The translations under genes were made by a program, and so were the position numbers. A DNA stretch of 64,000 bases, taken from the NCBI GenBank assembly GCA_004764695.1, contig SMSO01000035.1, positions 930,001-994,000 of the forward strand. Reading direction: 5' to 3'. The DNA comes from Schizochytrium sp. TIO01 (lineage: Eukaryota > Protista > Bigyra: Labyrinthulomycetes). This document shows, piece after piece, positions 40,287-51,863 of this stretch. Numbering within the stretch: position 1 is the first letter of the stretch; the number at the start of each line of letters is the position of its first letter. Below the pieces are notes generated by a model. The model searched no databases. It had not been told where the DNA came from and saw nothing but the letters and a program-made list of their open reading frames with translations.

Positions 40287-42521
40287 TTAGAACCCATTAA
40301 ATTGGAGAGTCTGAATACGCATTGGTACTGGGACCTGGACACGCGATTGATTTCTTGTAAAATCATGTTCCCCACGAGGAGAAGTCTCCAGTGCAGATCC
40401 ATCTGGGTTGATTGACCGAAATTTTCTTTGAAAAGGTTTGAGGGATGCAACCCGTGGCAAGGGTACTGGTTTTCCAGCTGCAAGTGCCAATGCCTTTTCC
40501 TGCTCTAGCTGCCGACGTTTCGCTGCGCGACGCCTTTTAATTTCTTCCTCTGTGACATCAACTCGAATGCCTTTATTTGTAGAGCCTCCCCAAGCTGGGC
40601 GATCACCAATCATAATTCTTACTCGTTCCTTTTCAGCCTCAAGTTGCTGTCGCTCCTTTTCGATAATAAGTCTTCTATGTTTTGCAGCAGGGTTTTCTTT
40701 CATAAGGGGCGACTTAAAGGCTTCGATACGGCTGTAGGCAGCTGCTCGTGCTGAGTTGGGATCATACGGGAGGATGCGTTTGAACCCCCCACAGTGCGAA
40801 TCTTCAAAAGCTGTACGGAGTTCATTCAGAGGTACGGTCTCATCGTTATTTTGGTTAGAACGATTCTGTTCTTCAAGATCATCTGCTTGATCATCAGGTG
40901 TTGACGGAGACTTGTTGGTTTCGGGACATTCTTGGCAGATATTTTGATTGAATGTGGCCTGCATTGTGAGGCGGTCGCGAACCTGATGGGCTAGAGAATT
41001 TACGCTTGCAGCATTAGTCGTATGTTGGCCACCCGAAAATGCATGAAGCTGCTGCTGTTGCTGCTGCTGTTGCTGGTGAGAGTTGGCCATACCACGTCTT
41101 CTAGCTAATAGTTCCCCTACTCGCTCACGTTGGTCAGCGATTGTTGTAGGACGCTGTCGAATTTCCCCAGCCAATAAATCCTCGGCCTCAATACAACCAA
41201 GAACCAGAGACTCACGAACAACCTGCTCTTTAATTCGCTGATCTAGAGGAGCATCACAATGCAGAGATGGTGAATGATTGACTTCTATCACCCAAGGTTG
41301 AAGACCTGCATCAAGCATAATATCGAAACCAAGAATCTCAAAGCATCGAAATCCCTCCTGAATACCAGTTTGTGTTGAACCCTCTTTTCCGAAACACGCC
41401 CGGTACTCCTGAGCTAGACTAGGTTGAATCGACAAGAGTGTTTTAGTGACGATGTCTTCGATATTAGCCTGAACTTCATCAACATCATGTCCGCGGGCTT
41501 TAAGATAATCATAAAGCTGAGCAAGCGACCATTTGGACGCATCCGATGCTGCCTCTGACGGGCTCTTCGTAGTACTACTGAAGAAGGATTGCTGCTCTCC
41601 TCCAGCCTCCATGCTGTCTTTATAGTTGGCATTGTGCTTGTTGACTGCGTAGTTTGTTAAGTGCATGTAACGATTATCAAGGTTTTCTCGACGCGGGCGT
41701 TCGTACTTAACGGTACAAAAGCGCACGAGGCCCTCCCGATGCTGAAATGCACGAAGACTTGGTGTACAGCTCGTCACTAAGACGTAAATTCGTAAATCAA
41801 ATTTGTAACCATTGATCAAAAAAGGATTTGGTAAATACTGTTGTACCGCGCTAAGCCCTTGTAGGTCAGCAAGATCGTTTAAGTCATTGGTGAGAAAGAT
41901 ACCATTCCCTTGGCATCCTCCATCTGGCTTAACAATAAGCACTGGACGCTGCTTACGACTAGCGAATTCAAGCTGATACCATTTACGTAAGCTTTCTTTC
42001 TCCTTTGGAAGACACCATGTTTGAGGATGAAAATCAAAAAGCTCTGGCATTGCATTCGACAAGCGCGCAATTGTAAGACCAAGCTTGCATTTTTGACAAA
42101 TTTTCGACATACCCGGGAAGTGATTGATCTTTTGTAATGAGTTAAGCGTTGATATGGTGGACTCTGCAGTGAACCCTCCACAATCATGCCATGATATCGA
42201 CCAAGCGCCGCGACCTGCCTCGGACATACCCCATCCGAGCTTGTTGGAGCATTGGCGTACTACTTGGTAGCGCGTCTGATTTAAATTAATGTTCAGGTTT
42301 GGAATAGCCATCGTCTGGATTTTCCGAATAAGGTCGTCGTAGCTTCGGCCCTCGTCTTTGGTATCGACGTTTTCGTCTGTGTCTTTGAGATCAGATGCTA
42401 CGAAGCTTGACTCACGTTCTTCCGACAGAGTCCTCTGCAATTGCTGAGGCTCGCCATAATTGTTTTTTTCTGTCAATGACTCCTCAGCACCTATGAGCGG
42501 CAGTTGAGTCGCTGCTTGCAT
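40287..42521 (-). CDS. Tubulin-tyrosine-ligase-like (TTLL) polyglutamylase
   Basis: QKINHFPGM, FHPQTWCLP, IVKPDGGCQGNGIFL, VQQYLPNPFLINGYKFDLRIYVLV, MHLTNYAVNK and CFEILGFDIMLD..PWVIEVNHSPS. Confidence 0.92.
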   Translation of the reverse strand: MQAATQLPLIGAEESLTEKNNYGEPQQLQRTLSEERESSFVASDLKDTDENVDTKDEGRSYDDLIRKIQTMAIPNLNINLNQTRYQVVRQCSNKLGWGMSEAGRGAWSISWHDCGGFTAESTISTLNSLQKINHFPGMSKICQKCKLGLTIARLSNAMPELFDFHPQTWCLPKEKESLRKWYQLEFASRKQRPVLIVKPDGGCQGNGIFLTNDLNDLADLQGLSAVQQYLPNPFLINGYKFDLRIYVLVTSCTPSLRAFQHREGLVRFCTVKYERPRRENLDNRYMHLTNYAVNKHNANYKDSMEAGGEQQSFFSSTTKSPSEAASDASKWSLAQLYDYLKARGHDVDEVQANIEDIVTKTLLSIQPSLAQEYRACFGKEGSTQTGIQEGFRCFEILGFDIMLDAGLQPWVIEVNHSPSLHCDAPLDQRIKEQVVRESLVLGCIEAEDLLAGEIRQRPTTIADQRERVGELLARRRGMANSHQQQQQQQQQLHAFSGGQHTTNAASVNSLAHQVRDRLTMQATFNQNICQECPETNKSPSTPDDQADDLEEQNRSNQNNDETVPLNELRTAFEDSHCGGFKRILPYDPNSARAAAYSRIEAFKSPLMKENPAAKHRRLIIEKERQQLEAEKERVRIMIGDRPAWGGSTNKGIRVDVTEEEIKRRRAAKRRQLEQEKALALAAGKPVPLPRVASLKPFQRKFRSINPDGSALETSPRGEHDFTRNQSRVQVPVPMRIQTLQFNGF

Positions 42522-45364
42522 GGTCCTGCGTGCTAGCCTTCAGAGATGGAAACGAGCAGCCAGGATCAAGGATCAATAAAGCTGACTGCAAGTTAATGTT
42601 GTTAATGCCTGGTACCTCGCGTTGATTCGCCCCAACCTCGCCTTTGTTGGCTGGTGGGAATGAAGTGCCTTTCACGAATAGTTTTGAACGCGCATGGATC
42701 GCGTTTGTTGCTTGTATTGATTTTGCGCGTACGCGTGCGTACGTCCTTTGCAAACTACTGTCTATTGGTTCCCGAGCCGATGTGCCTCTATGCAGAGCAG
42801 ACAACCTATCTACTATTTGCGAGTTCTTGCCAACAATACGACGACTATGGTCATTCGCCAGATTAATGCTTTGACTGAAACGCTAGTTACTGTTTAAACT
42901 AAACGCTATTAGTCTACGAGCAACGAGTGCTAGTTTATCCGGTTCTTGTCGCCCCACCTTTGCAAGGCTGACACTTTTACTTGAGTGTATAAAGGGAATG
43001 CAATTCAGATGTGAGGATATTACGCAAAGAAGACGTTTGATACGCTATCTTTTGCAAGTAACACCTAGCCTTCCTCTGTCCATCGTCTGAATGGAGTCCT
43101 TACCACAAAGTCTTCCTTTCCTAAGAGCAAGCGCGCGGGAGTGCACTGGTTACCTTCAGAGGTGATGGTGGCCAAATCTTGGCATTGGAGATAGGTATCC
43201 GTTGTTACGCATCTGTTCTTTACGGGTTCTAGGGACTTACAAGCAATCCTATCGACAGTTTAGATTCTTGGACTACTCTCTCGCCTAATCGAGTAAGCTT
43301 GCGATAAGATTGCACCACTTCGGGCCTTGCTCACACAAACGCACTGCCGAGAATCGCCGAAGACACACTACTTCCGACCAGATTTGATTGCTTTAGCTCG
43401 AGTCTGCACCCAAAAAGTTAAGTTTTGATAAAGGAGCTGCCTCTGGTTCGTGCCGACATATATATAGGCTATGCTGTATTAGTCTCACTCGCCACTCTCG
43501 TCAGAAAAAGGGTAATGAGTTAAAGGCCTTTCTAAGCTTGGGCTTGCAGCACGAGCCAAAACAATCACAGGCTCTGCACGCACGCAAAATTCAATCTCAC
43601 CAAGCAGAGGCAACTCCTTGGAATCTTTAAACTTGGGGTTTTATAAAAAGCCAAAACCATCACCACTGACAGTATAAGAGCAAAAGTTCATGTCCCTTAT
43701 TGAAGTACTTTAAATTTTGGTACTATAAAGGAGATCATTTTGGTATTACATGGGACTAATATAAAGTCTCCAATACTACCCCACAACCACATGTAAAAGG
43801 CTTCGTCTTAGGGGGTTATAGTGCGCAGGTTGTAGCTTGGCTATGTTATAGAACGTACAAGAACTTCAAGATCCCGTGGCGGCGAAACAAACATGTAGAT
43901 TAGTTATGGAAAACTGTAGGGGTGTAAATACAAGTGGGTTTTAGAGGGATTACAAGTGGAGTATATTTCCTTTGCAAGTGAAATATATTGTTCGTGCAAG
44001 TGGGTTATGGCCGCTCTGTAGGCGGATCGAGTGGTGGTGAAGCCTTGGGAGCGGCTTGGGGTATACTTTACTTATACTGGTTCGTGTCAAAGTGGAGTAA
44101 ACAAGATATAGAGTGGAGCAAACAGTTTGTTCTACTTGTGGAGCCCAATTTGGTTCGCTTGCAAGGGTGCTTCTTTTCACTGGTCTAAAACATTTTTTTT
44201 AATTTTATTTCCTTAAAAAATTAAAAATAAAATAAAAATAAAATAAAACAGCCCCAGGAAAGATAATCTTTCTAAAAAGAAAAGAAAAGAAAAGAGAAAA
44301 CAAACATTTGCGCATAAGAAAACCAAGTCGATAGCATATGTTGCGCTTGTGAAGCTAGAAACATACGCGCGAGTGCCTCTGCTGTCCCATTGGCTTGGCA
44401 AAAGCCTCCACTCCGTGACTTCCCTGCCTCGCCAGTTGTCCTGAGCGAAGAATCCATCCAACCACGCAGCTATCTTCTATCTTCTATCTTCTATCTATCT
44501 ATCTCTCTATCTTCACGCACCTCTTTCTTTACTTTCTCTCTCATCTTCGCCTCCATCGATATTCCCTATTCCTCACTCCTATCTTAAACGCTATTCACCT
44601 CCCTCTAGGCCCTCTAGCCCCTGAGGCCCTCTTAGAGTATCCCCTATCCGCCTCCCTACCCTCTTAGCTTTCCTTTCAGCCTCTCATTTCTGCCCTCCTG
44701 CTAGGGTCCCGGTTATGCTAAACTCTACTCTTCGCGATGCATGCAGACGGTCAATGAAAAGAATGGTCTAAAGAGAGCGGACTAGCGGCAGCTAAGTGGG
44801 TCCTACTGGCACACCGCCTAGGCTCCTGAAAGAGGAGCGCCTGATCTTGCTTGCTAGCTCCGCTGTTTCTCTCTGCGCTCCAGGCGCCTCGGTATTGCCG
44901 CGAGGCCGGTGCGGCGCCGCGCCTCTGCTGCCTGAGAGCGGCTCCTCCGGCCCTCGCAGAGGTCGAGGCAGCCGCCGATTCTTCGTGCTCGAAGATGAGC
45001 AGAAGCGCAGAGAGATCCACAGATAGAGGGATAGATACAGAGATAGAGAGAGAAAGATAGAAATAAATAGATAAATGAATAAATAATTAATTAATTGATT
45101 AAATAAAGAAATAAAGAAATAAGTAAATAAATAAGAAACTAACTTGGCGGCGCGGCTAGTAGAAACAGTAGGGGGTACTAGCGCTCTAGAGCGGCGGCGA
45201 TTGATGGGTGTGGAAGGCTATGGCTTGTCGCTGCTAGGCGGGGGTAGGTAAGTGCTACGCGGCTGAGCAGCCAAGAAAGAATGTTAATTTGAAAGGAGGC
45301 GAAGGGAATAAGGGGGCAATAGGGAGAAGAGGAGAAGAAAAGAAAAGAAATCGAAAAGAGAGTA

Positions 45365-45503
45365 ATGGTTTGTTTATTGTTTATGGTTTGTTTATTGTTT
45401 ATTGTTTGTTTATTATTGTTTGTTTATTATTGTTTGTTTGTTTATTGTTTATTGTTTGTTTATGGTTTGATTGTTTGTTTGTTTGGTTTGTTTGTTTGGT
45501 TTG
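45365..45503. repeat. Low-complexity (TTGT/TTAT)n tract, possibly within a 5' UTR intron (GTAAGT at 45248, TAG at 45510) of NAC-alpha
   Basis: The tract is read directly from the sequence; the intron is inferred from the consensus sites only. Confidence 0.6.
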
Positions 45504-45673
45504 TCTGTAGGAGAGGATAGGGAGGGATTAGAGGAAAGGAGCGAAAGGCAACAAAAGTCAACAAAAGCCTCTCCACCGCACGCCATTTAGTCCGCGCGAG
45601 TTGCTTCGCCGCAGTTCTTGTTCGAGTTGCAATTTAGGAGGCCGTCGCCGCCGTCGAATTATTTTTTGAGACC

Positions 45674-46303
45674 ATGACCGCCGAGGAGGAGCCCAAGATC
45701 CAGGAGGTGACCGAGGAGGAGGTCGCCGCCGAGCAGGACGCCGCCGATGAGGTCGACCTCGACGACGAGGATGACCTTCCCGGCCTTGGCCGTGCCAACC
45801 GCAACGAGAAGAAGGCCCGCAAGGCTGTCGCCAAGCTCGGCCTCAAGCCCGTTGAGGGCGTGAACCGTGTGGCCATCAAGAAGAAGACCGGTGAGGTCTT
45901 CGCCATCGAGGCCCCGTACGTCATGAAGGCCCCCACCTCTGACACCTTCGTTGTCTTCGGTGAGGCCACCATGGACGACTCCGCCGCCCGCGCTCAGGCC
46001 CTCGCCGCCCAGCAGTTCGGCCCCGACGGTGCCATGAACATGGAGAAGCTCCAGGAGCTTCAGAAGCAGATGGAGGCCCTCCAGGCCCAGAGCAAGGCCG
46101 CCGCTGCCGCCCAGGGCGCCCAGGCTGCCGCCGGTGAGGCCGCCGCCGATGAGGAGGACGGCGAGGTCGACATGACCGGCCTCGACGAGAAGGATGTCTC
46201 CCTCGTCATGGAGCAGGGCAAGGTCTCCAAGGCCAAGGCCGCCAAGGTGCTCAAGGCCAACGACGGTGACGTCGTTAACGCTATTATGGAGCTGACCATG
46301 TGA
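45674..46303 (+). CDS. NACA: Nascent polypeptide-associated complex subunit alpha
   Basis: NAC domain NRNEKKARKAVAKLGLKPVEGVNRVAIKK..SDTFVVFGEA and UBA-like C-terminus DVSLVMEQGKVSKAKA..GDVVNAIMELT. The strong GC3 codon bias is typical of a highly expressed gene. Confidence 0.95.
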   Translation: MTAEEEPKIQEVTEEEVAAEQDAADEVDLDDEDDLPGLGRANRNEKKARKAVAKLGLKPVEGVNRVAIKKKTGEVFAIEAPYVMKAPTSDTFVVFGEATMDDSAARAQALAAQQFGPDGAMNMEKLQELQKQMEALQAQSKAAAAAQGAQAAAGEAAADEEDGEVDMTGLDEKDVSLVMEQGKVSKAKAAKVLKANDGDVVNAIMELTM

Positions 46304-47374
46304 GAACGATGATTTAAGATGTTCATTTCACAACCTTTTATATTTTTCTTTGTTTGTTTATCTCCAACTGGATTTGCGCAGATCACCAGAACCTACTGAC
46401 CGTGTGCCCGCGTGCCCGCCTTCCCGAAGAGCTTTCATGTGTGCATGCGTGCATGGACGGGGGGGAACGCTTCGATTTGCGTATCTTTTTGTTGGTCAGA
46501 AAAGTTTGGGGAGTTGCGTTAAATAGTTTAAGACACTGCTGTTCTCTGCTCCGATGTGCTTTGCACACAGGGTTAGAACAGATGTATCCAAACTGTCTTG
46601 AGTGAAATCAAAGGTCCTTACGATGCTGATTAACAATCTCAATTGAGGCTGTTTGTATCTGTAGAATCTTATCTTGACCAGGCTATGAGTTGAAGTCCCT
46701 ACTTGTTTCTGAATATTTCCTCCCGTCTTGAGCCATTATCCAGATTACTCTGCTTTGTGTTGCCCTCATTCCTCCACCCTTTCACAGTTCACTATCTTGA
46801 CTCGTGTCTCCTACTTGGATCTTTGTATTGATGACTTTGACCATGAAAGGTCGCAAATTATTGTTGTTTGTTTGACGAGAAAATGGTGTTGCAATTTGAA
46901 GAACTCTACTTGTATCTCGCCTTTGTCTCCTGCATTGCATGTCGGAGTTTGATAATTCTTGCACGTTTGCCACCCTGATTCTGTGATACAAAAGCAGAAC
47001 GGGTCAGGATGATCTTCCAGTTCGGACCTGTTAATCTGTCGATTGTTGCGATACGATTGACCCATAGATTCCTTACCTAGGTCTAGCGATGAAAGGTTGT
47101 AAAACAAGTTTAAAACAAGAAAAAGAGTAGGCCTGGCCACGGGCACCGATTCAAAGTATAAAAGTAAAAGTAGTAGTACTATAGCAATTTTAAAAAAGTA
47201 TGCATTTTATCGTGGTGTCAGTCGAGTTGATGGTATTGAGCACATCCGATAGACAAGTGAGAGCTCTTCTTGACGTGCGAATTAAAATAAAAACGCGCAA
47301 TCTACATGACAAGGGAGCTGACAACAACGAGGTATACGCATCGCGTGAACGACAGGAGTGAACTTCTGACTCAC

Positions 47375-48604
47375 TCAGCCCATGAGGTTGTTCAAGTGGT
47401 TCTTGAGAACTCGCAACATGGTATCAAGCATTTCGTTGACCTCGTGGTCCATTTCGAATACCTCTACCGCAGCCATGATGCGCTCATCCTCATCAAAGAT
47501 AAGATCCTTCAAGATACCCTTCAGCTGTGCATTAATAAGACCGAGTTTCTCCAAGTGCAAAGCACCCTTGAGAGCAATTGCGAAGCGAGATCTCATGAGA
47601 TAATCCTCCTCTTCCTGCTGTTGAATTTGATCCTGGGACTGGGCTTGTGATGGAGTCTCACGGTCCGGGTTTTGAGGTAGAATTCCCTTCGCTTCAAGTT
47701 CCTTCGGATCAGGGCGGTCAGAAAGTATGCGGGAGAGACTATCTTTGCGCATGGAGCGCTCAAGCTCCATTTTGGGCCGCACCAGACTGGGGGCAATATG
47801 CTCTTCTGAGGACTTCTCTGGCAGCACACCAGTGCGTTCCAGTTCTGCTACTTCGGGACGCATCTCAATATTACGCGAGACCTTATCAGCATGAATCTGG
47901 CGCTCGAGTGAGTTTCTTCGCTCCTGTAGACTCGGTGCTACGTCCAACCCAGAATGCATACCACGCCGCTTGAGTTCGTCGATGTCGGGCCGCTCCTCAA
48001 GCAGTTGTCCGACTTGATCTTTACACATTTGCTTTTTTAGTTCTTGAGCGGTCTGAGCAAGATTGTTACTCAAGCCCTTTTCTGTTTTCAAAACACCCTT
48101 TTCCTCAAGGGATGCCTGCTCTGGCCGTGTTGCCAGGCTCTGGTTCAATAATGCTCGTTTGGTCTCCTTCGAAGCATCTTCAGGCTCTGCTTCAGAGTTT
48201 GCATTCGCACTCTGTTCTTCCTTCACTGCCTTGTCCTCTGTCTCATCAGACTGCTGGTCTTCAGTTTCTTCATGTTCATCATGCTTCGTTGTTTCGCTGT
48301 CTCCATCATCATCATCGTGATCATTGTCTATATCCTCCGCAACCGCGTCTTCAAAGGAATCATCTTCCTCCTTCTTCACATCGTCGCTACCTGCCACGGT
48401 CTGCTCCTGAGCCTGGCTTTCTCCGGCAATTTCAGAGACGCCACTCTTATCGCTGACCGTTTTCGCCTCGTTAGGCTTCAGTTCAGTCGGCCCCTCGTGT
48501 CCTTCTTGCTGCTGCGACTCATTCGGCTGCTGCTGTTGCTGCTGCTGCTGCTTCTTGGCTGCATTTTTTGAGGACCGTGACTTCTTCTTCGATTTGCCGC
48601 CCAT
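47375..48604 (-). CDS. RPEL-repeat (G-actin-binding) protein
   Basis: Four RPEL-like repeats: LATRPEQASLEEKGVL, LEERPDIDELKRRGMH, IEMRPEVAELERTGVL and LSDRPDPKELEAKGIL. The N-terminus is acidic and disordered. The first ATG is at 48604. Confidence 0.8.
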   Translation of the reverse strand: MGGKSKKKSRSSKNAAKKQQQQQQQQPNESQQQEGHEGPTELKPNEAKTVSDKSGVSEIAGESQAQEQTVAGSDDVKKEEDDSFEDAVAEDIDNDHDDDDGDSETTKHDEHEETEDQQSDETEDKAVKEEQSANANSEAEPEDASKETKRALLNQSLATRPEQASLEEKGVLKTEKGLSNNLAQTAQELKKQMCKDQVGQLLEERPDIDELKRRGMHSGLDVAPSLQERRNSLERQIHADKVSRNIEMRPEVAELERTGVLPEKSSEEHIAPSLVRPKMELERSMRKDSLSRILSDRPDPKELEAKGILPQNPDRETPSQAQSQDQIQQQEEEDYLMRSRFAIALKGALHLEKLGLINAQLKGILKDLIFDEDERIMAAVEVFEMDHEVNEMLDTMLRVLKNHLNNLMG

Positions 48605-51115
48605 CTTCTCAAGAGCAAGAATACCCTTTCGACTGCTCTCTATCGTTCTCTGCTCGCGTGAACGGCGTTGCTCTTCTCCGTCCACGGCAACAATCCAACA
48701 CTGGATCGATCACTATCGATCGATCGATTGAGTTGTTATAATTGATCAATGCGTTGTCTAATATTAGGTATTATCAATTAGTATCCAAAGGGAAAGATCT
48801 CCGGGTTCGTCGCTTCGCTTCGTGAGGATATCGTGCCAGGGTGGTACGATAATGCACCTCTTTATCCCTTCTAATAAGAGAAGCTAGTTGCGTCTAGGCA
48901 ATACAATAGTACCCGAATTGTGACAAGGACTTGCAGATAATCGCGATGTTGCAATGTGGAAAGTTTTCAACGTGGTCTCGGCGTGGTATCAACGTAAAGG
49001 GAAACTAAGGAGGTTGGCGACTAGAATTGCCTGTTGTGCGCACGTATTATGTATGAAATTTTGGCAAAGCTGGGGATTTAGAATAGAGGGAAAGAGCTTC
49101 ATCATTCCACAAGCCACAAATTGGCGCACGCGTGAGGAACATGTAGAGACGCAATGAGTAAGATATGCCTGCTGATCCTCAACATAGATGGCCGCGCTGA
49201 TGAGCTGTGCAGCTTTGCATCACTCTAGAATGAAGCTTGAAGGAGCCAATTCCTCTTTGGAATTCGTTGTAAAGGCTTCTTTCCAGATGCAAACAACAAA
49301 GCATACAGTTTTGCATGCACTTCAAACTAATCATCAACCGCGAATCAAAGCACTACCTTACGTGGTTGTTTCTGCAAGAAATATTAATTACACACCTTTG
49401 CTTTAAATTCAGGTTTATTCCTGGATCTGAATTGCGTTCAATGAAGATGAGGATATCTTTCGCCAAGCCTCTCTTGCTATGTGCAATTAGAGAGCCCACG
49501 ATCGTCACACAATTGAGGCAACAAGTAAGTATTTAAAACCATAATCAGCCTGGTAGGTTCCAGTTAAGGCTATCATTATGTGTTCGGGAATCATCTTAAC
49601 CCCAACAGTATAGGTTTCATTTCCTTGTGTTTCGTTTTGTAGAATTGTAGAATTGTAGAATGCGACGTCATATCATAAGTTGCCCCCCCAGCTGCCCTTG
49701 TCCCTGCTCGTCTGCCTTTTATACCTCTAGAGTACCTAGTCTTACAAATGCCGAAAGAATTCGGAACTTTGACATTTGGATCTCTTGAGCACAATCTCAA
49801 TCAATATCCAGGGAGTTACGTAACGCACGGGTGCATAAGCAGTGCGGCACTTTCGGTAGTCGATGATGAGGCGAAGAAGGCAGCCTTAAAGGCGATCAAG
49901 CGGGCGGTCTTCGTCAGTTGCGCCGCCTCGAACGCAGCAAAGATCCCCTTCAACTTGACCTCTGTCGAGTTGGCCTTTCTTGAGCAGCTCGCGTGCTGGG
50001 TAGGGTCTACGGCACGAGGTTTTCACGACAAAGTAAGATGCCTACTCAATGTAATACGATGCCATGCCGCTCTTGGAACAAGGGAGAGCTTTGTGCATTT
50101 CTGGCGATCAGGAATTTGACGCGCCATTGCCAGAGCGGCTGCCGCTAGCTGCACAGCCAAGCACCGAGCAGCAGCGGCTTTTGCAAACCGCATGATCAGC
50201 AGGCGAAGTGGCATAGCTCTGGCCCTGACATGGAATCAGAGCAAGCGCTCAGATATCGGTCCGTCAAGGCCACAGAGATGTCCCTCACCATCACACGGCA
50301 GAACAGCAAACGGTATCCAGCAACTGCCAAAGCTTCTGAAAACGACTCCTCTACCAAACGCACACACGCACACCCACACGCGACTCGTGTCTCATTCCCA
50401 TCCAAGACGTCATCCGCACAACCAGCTCAGTCGAGGAGATCCACGGGGAATCAAGACCCAAGACATGGCCTCGAACACTCTTCTCTTTACATCCTATCCA
50501 TATGTGTGTGTATATATATGTACGTTTCAATCAAAACATATCATATCCTCTCTTTAGGAATAACATATAAAACAGAGCAAAGCAAAGCAAAGCAAAGAAA
50601 GCAAAGCAAATAACAAAACCCATGAACACACCTTGCGCTCCAGCCCGACCCTTCAGCCTACATACATGGTCGGACTGTCCCTACTCCTACCGGTTAAGCG
50701 CATCCCTCCTTACCAGCCGCGGCGGTTACATAAAAACCTGTATCAAACGCATTGGGGCGCTTTCCAGGCCCTTGGATGCTCCTGTGAAATCTCCGCCTCG
50801 CGCGATGCAAGCTTCGTGAAATCCTGCCCCGGGGCTCTTGCAACCGCGTCGCCTGCGTCGCCTGCGTCGCCTGGCCTTTGGAGGCTGCGGCGAAGCAGGA
50901 GAGGCGCAGGCGTCTGCCGCCATCTCCACCTCCACCTCCTTCGCAGGGTCTTTCTTTGCCGTTCTGCCTTTTATTGAGCTCTCGAGAGCCTTCGCTGTTT
51001 CTCGTTCCGCTCGTGCCGCTCTTTGAAAGGCTGCCTGGCTAGCGGTCCGTATAGGGAAAAGCATAGCAATCGGCCTGGTCTCGAGGGCTCTCTAAAGCTT
51101 AAAATCGATTGCATT

Positions 51116-51175
51116 ATTCATTCATCCATTCATTCATTCATTCATTCATTCATTCATTCATTCATTCATTCATTC
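51116..51175. repeat. (ATTC)n microsatellite
   Basis: Read directly from the sequence. Confidence 0.9.
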
Positions 51176-51405
51176 GTTTATTCACGAGTTCGAAGAAACT
51201 CGAAGGATCGCTTTGGGTTTCGAAGAACCACTGCATAAAACGTGGCTCAAACCACGGAGGTTTGGGATGGGTGAGAGGCTTTGGCCGCTTTTTTAATTGT
51301 GCCTGGAATCTTGAAATGAAGAAAACCAAGCTTAGCGGTAGCAGTTTCTGAAAGTAAGTAATAAGTAAGTAAGTAAATACGTAAGCGCTTAAGTGAGTGA
51401 GTGCG

Positions 51406-51541
51406 TACTTTCATACTTTCATACTTTCATACTTTCATACTTTCATACTTTCATACTTTCATACTTTCATACTTTCATACTTTCATACTTTCATACTTTC
51501 ATACTTTCATGCTTTCATGCTTTCATGCTTTCATGCTTTCA
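51406..51541. repeat. 8-bp tandem array (TACTTTCA)13(TGCTTTCA)4
   Basis: Read directly from the sequence. Confidence 0.95.
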
Positions 51542-51863
51542 TGAGGTGAGAAGGAGGAATAGTTTTAGGGAATAAAGAAAAAATAAAGAAACTAAGCCTA
51601 CATGAAATAAATGTAAAGGGGTAAAGGACGATCCATCGGTGTGAAAGGAGGGTGCTGTACTGGGTCCGGAAGACAGACCCGTGGGAGACGGAAAGCAATT
51701 CCCCAACGTGACGTTGAGCCAAGGCGCCAGTAAATCAACACGGAGAGAGAGAGAAGCTGCTGCTGCCTGCTGGCTCGGGTTTTAGATAGTTGTCGTTGCG
51801 GTTTGTCAGGTCGGTTGTTGTTGTTGTTGTTGTTGCTGTTGTTGAGAATATCTAATTGCAACC

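Noticed and set aside
15943-42521. Possible flagellar gene cluster (MORN/RSPH1-like, TTLL, CC2D1-like)
   Set aside because: The genes are tens of kb apart and interspersed with unrelated genes, as expected in any flagellated protist genome.
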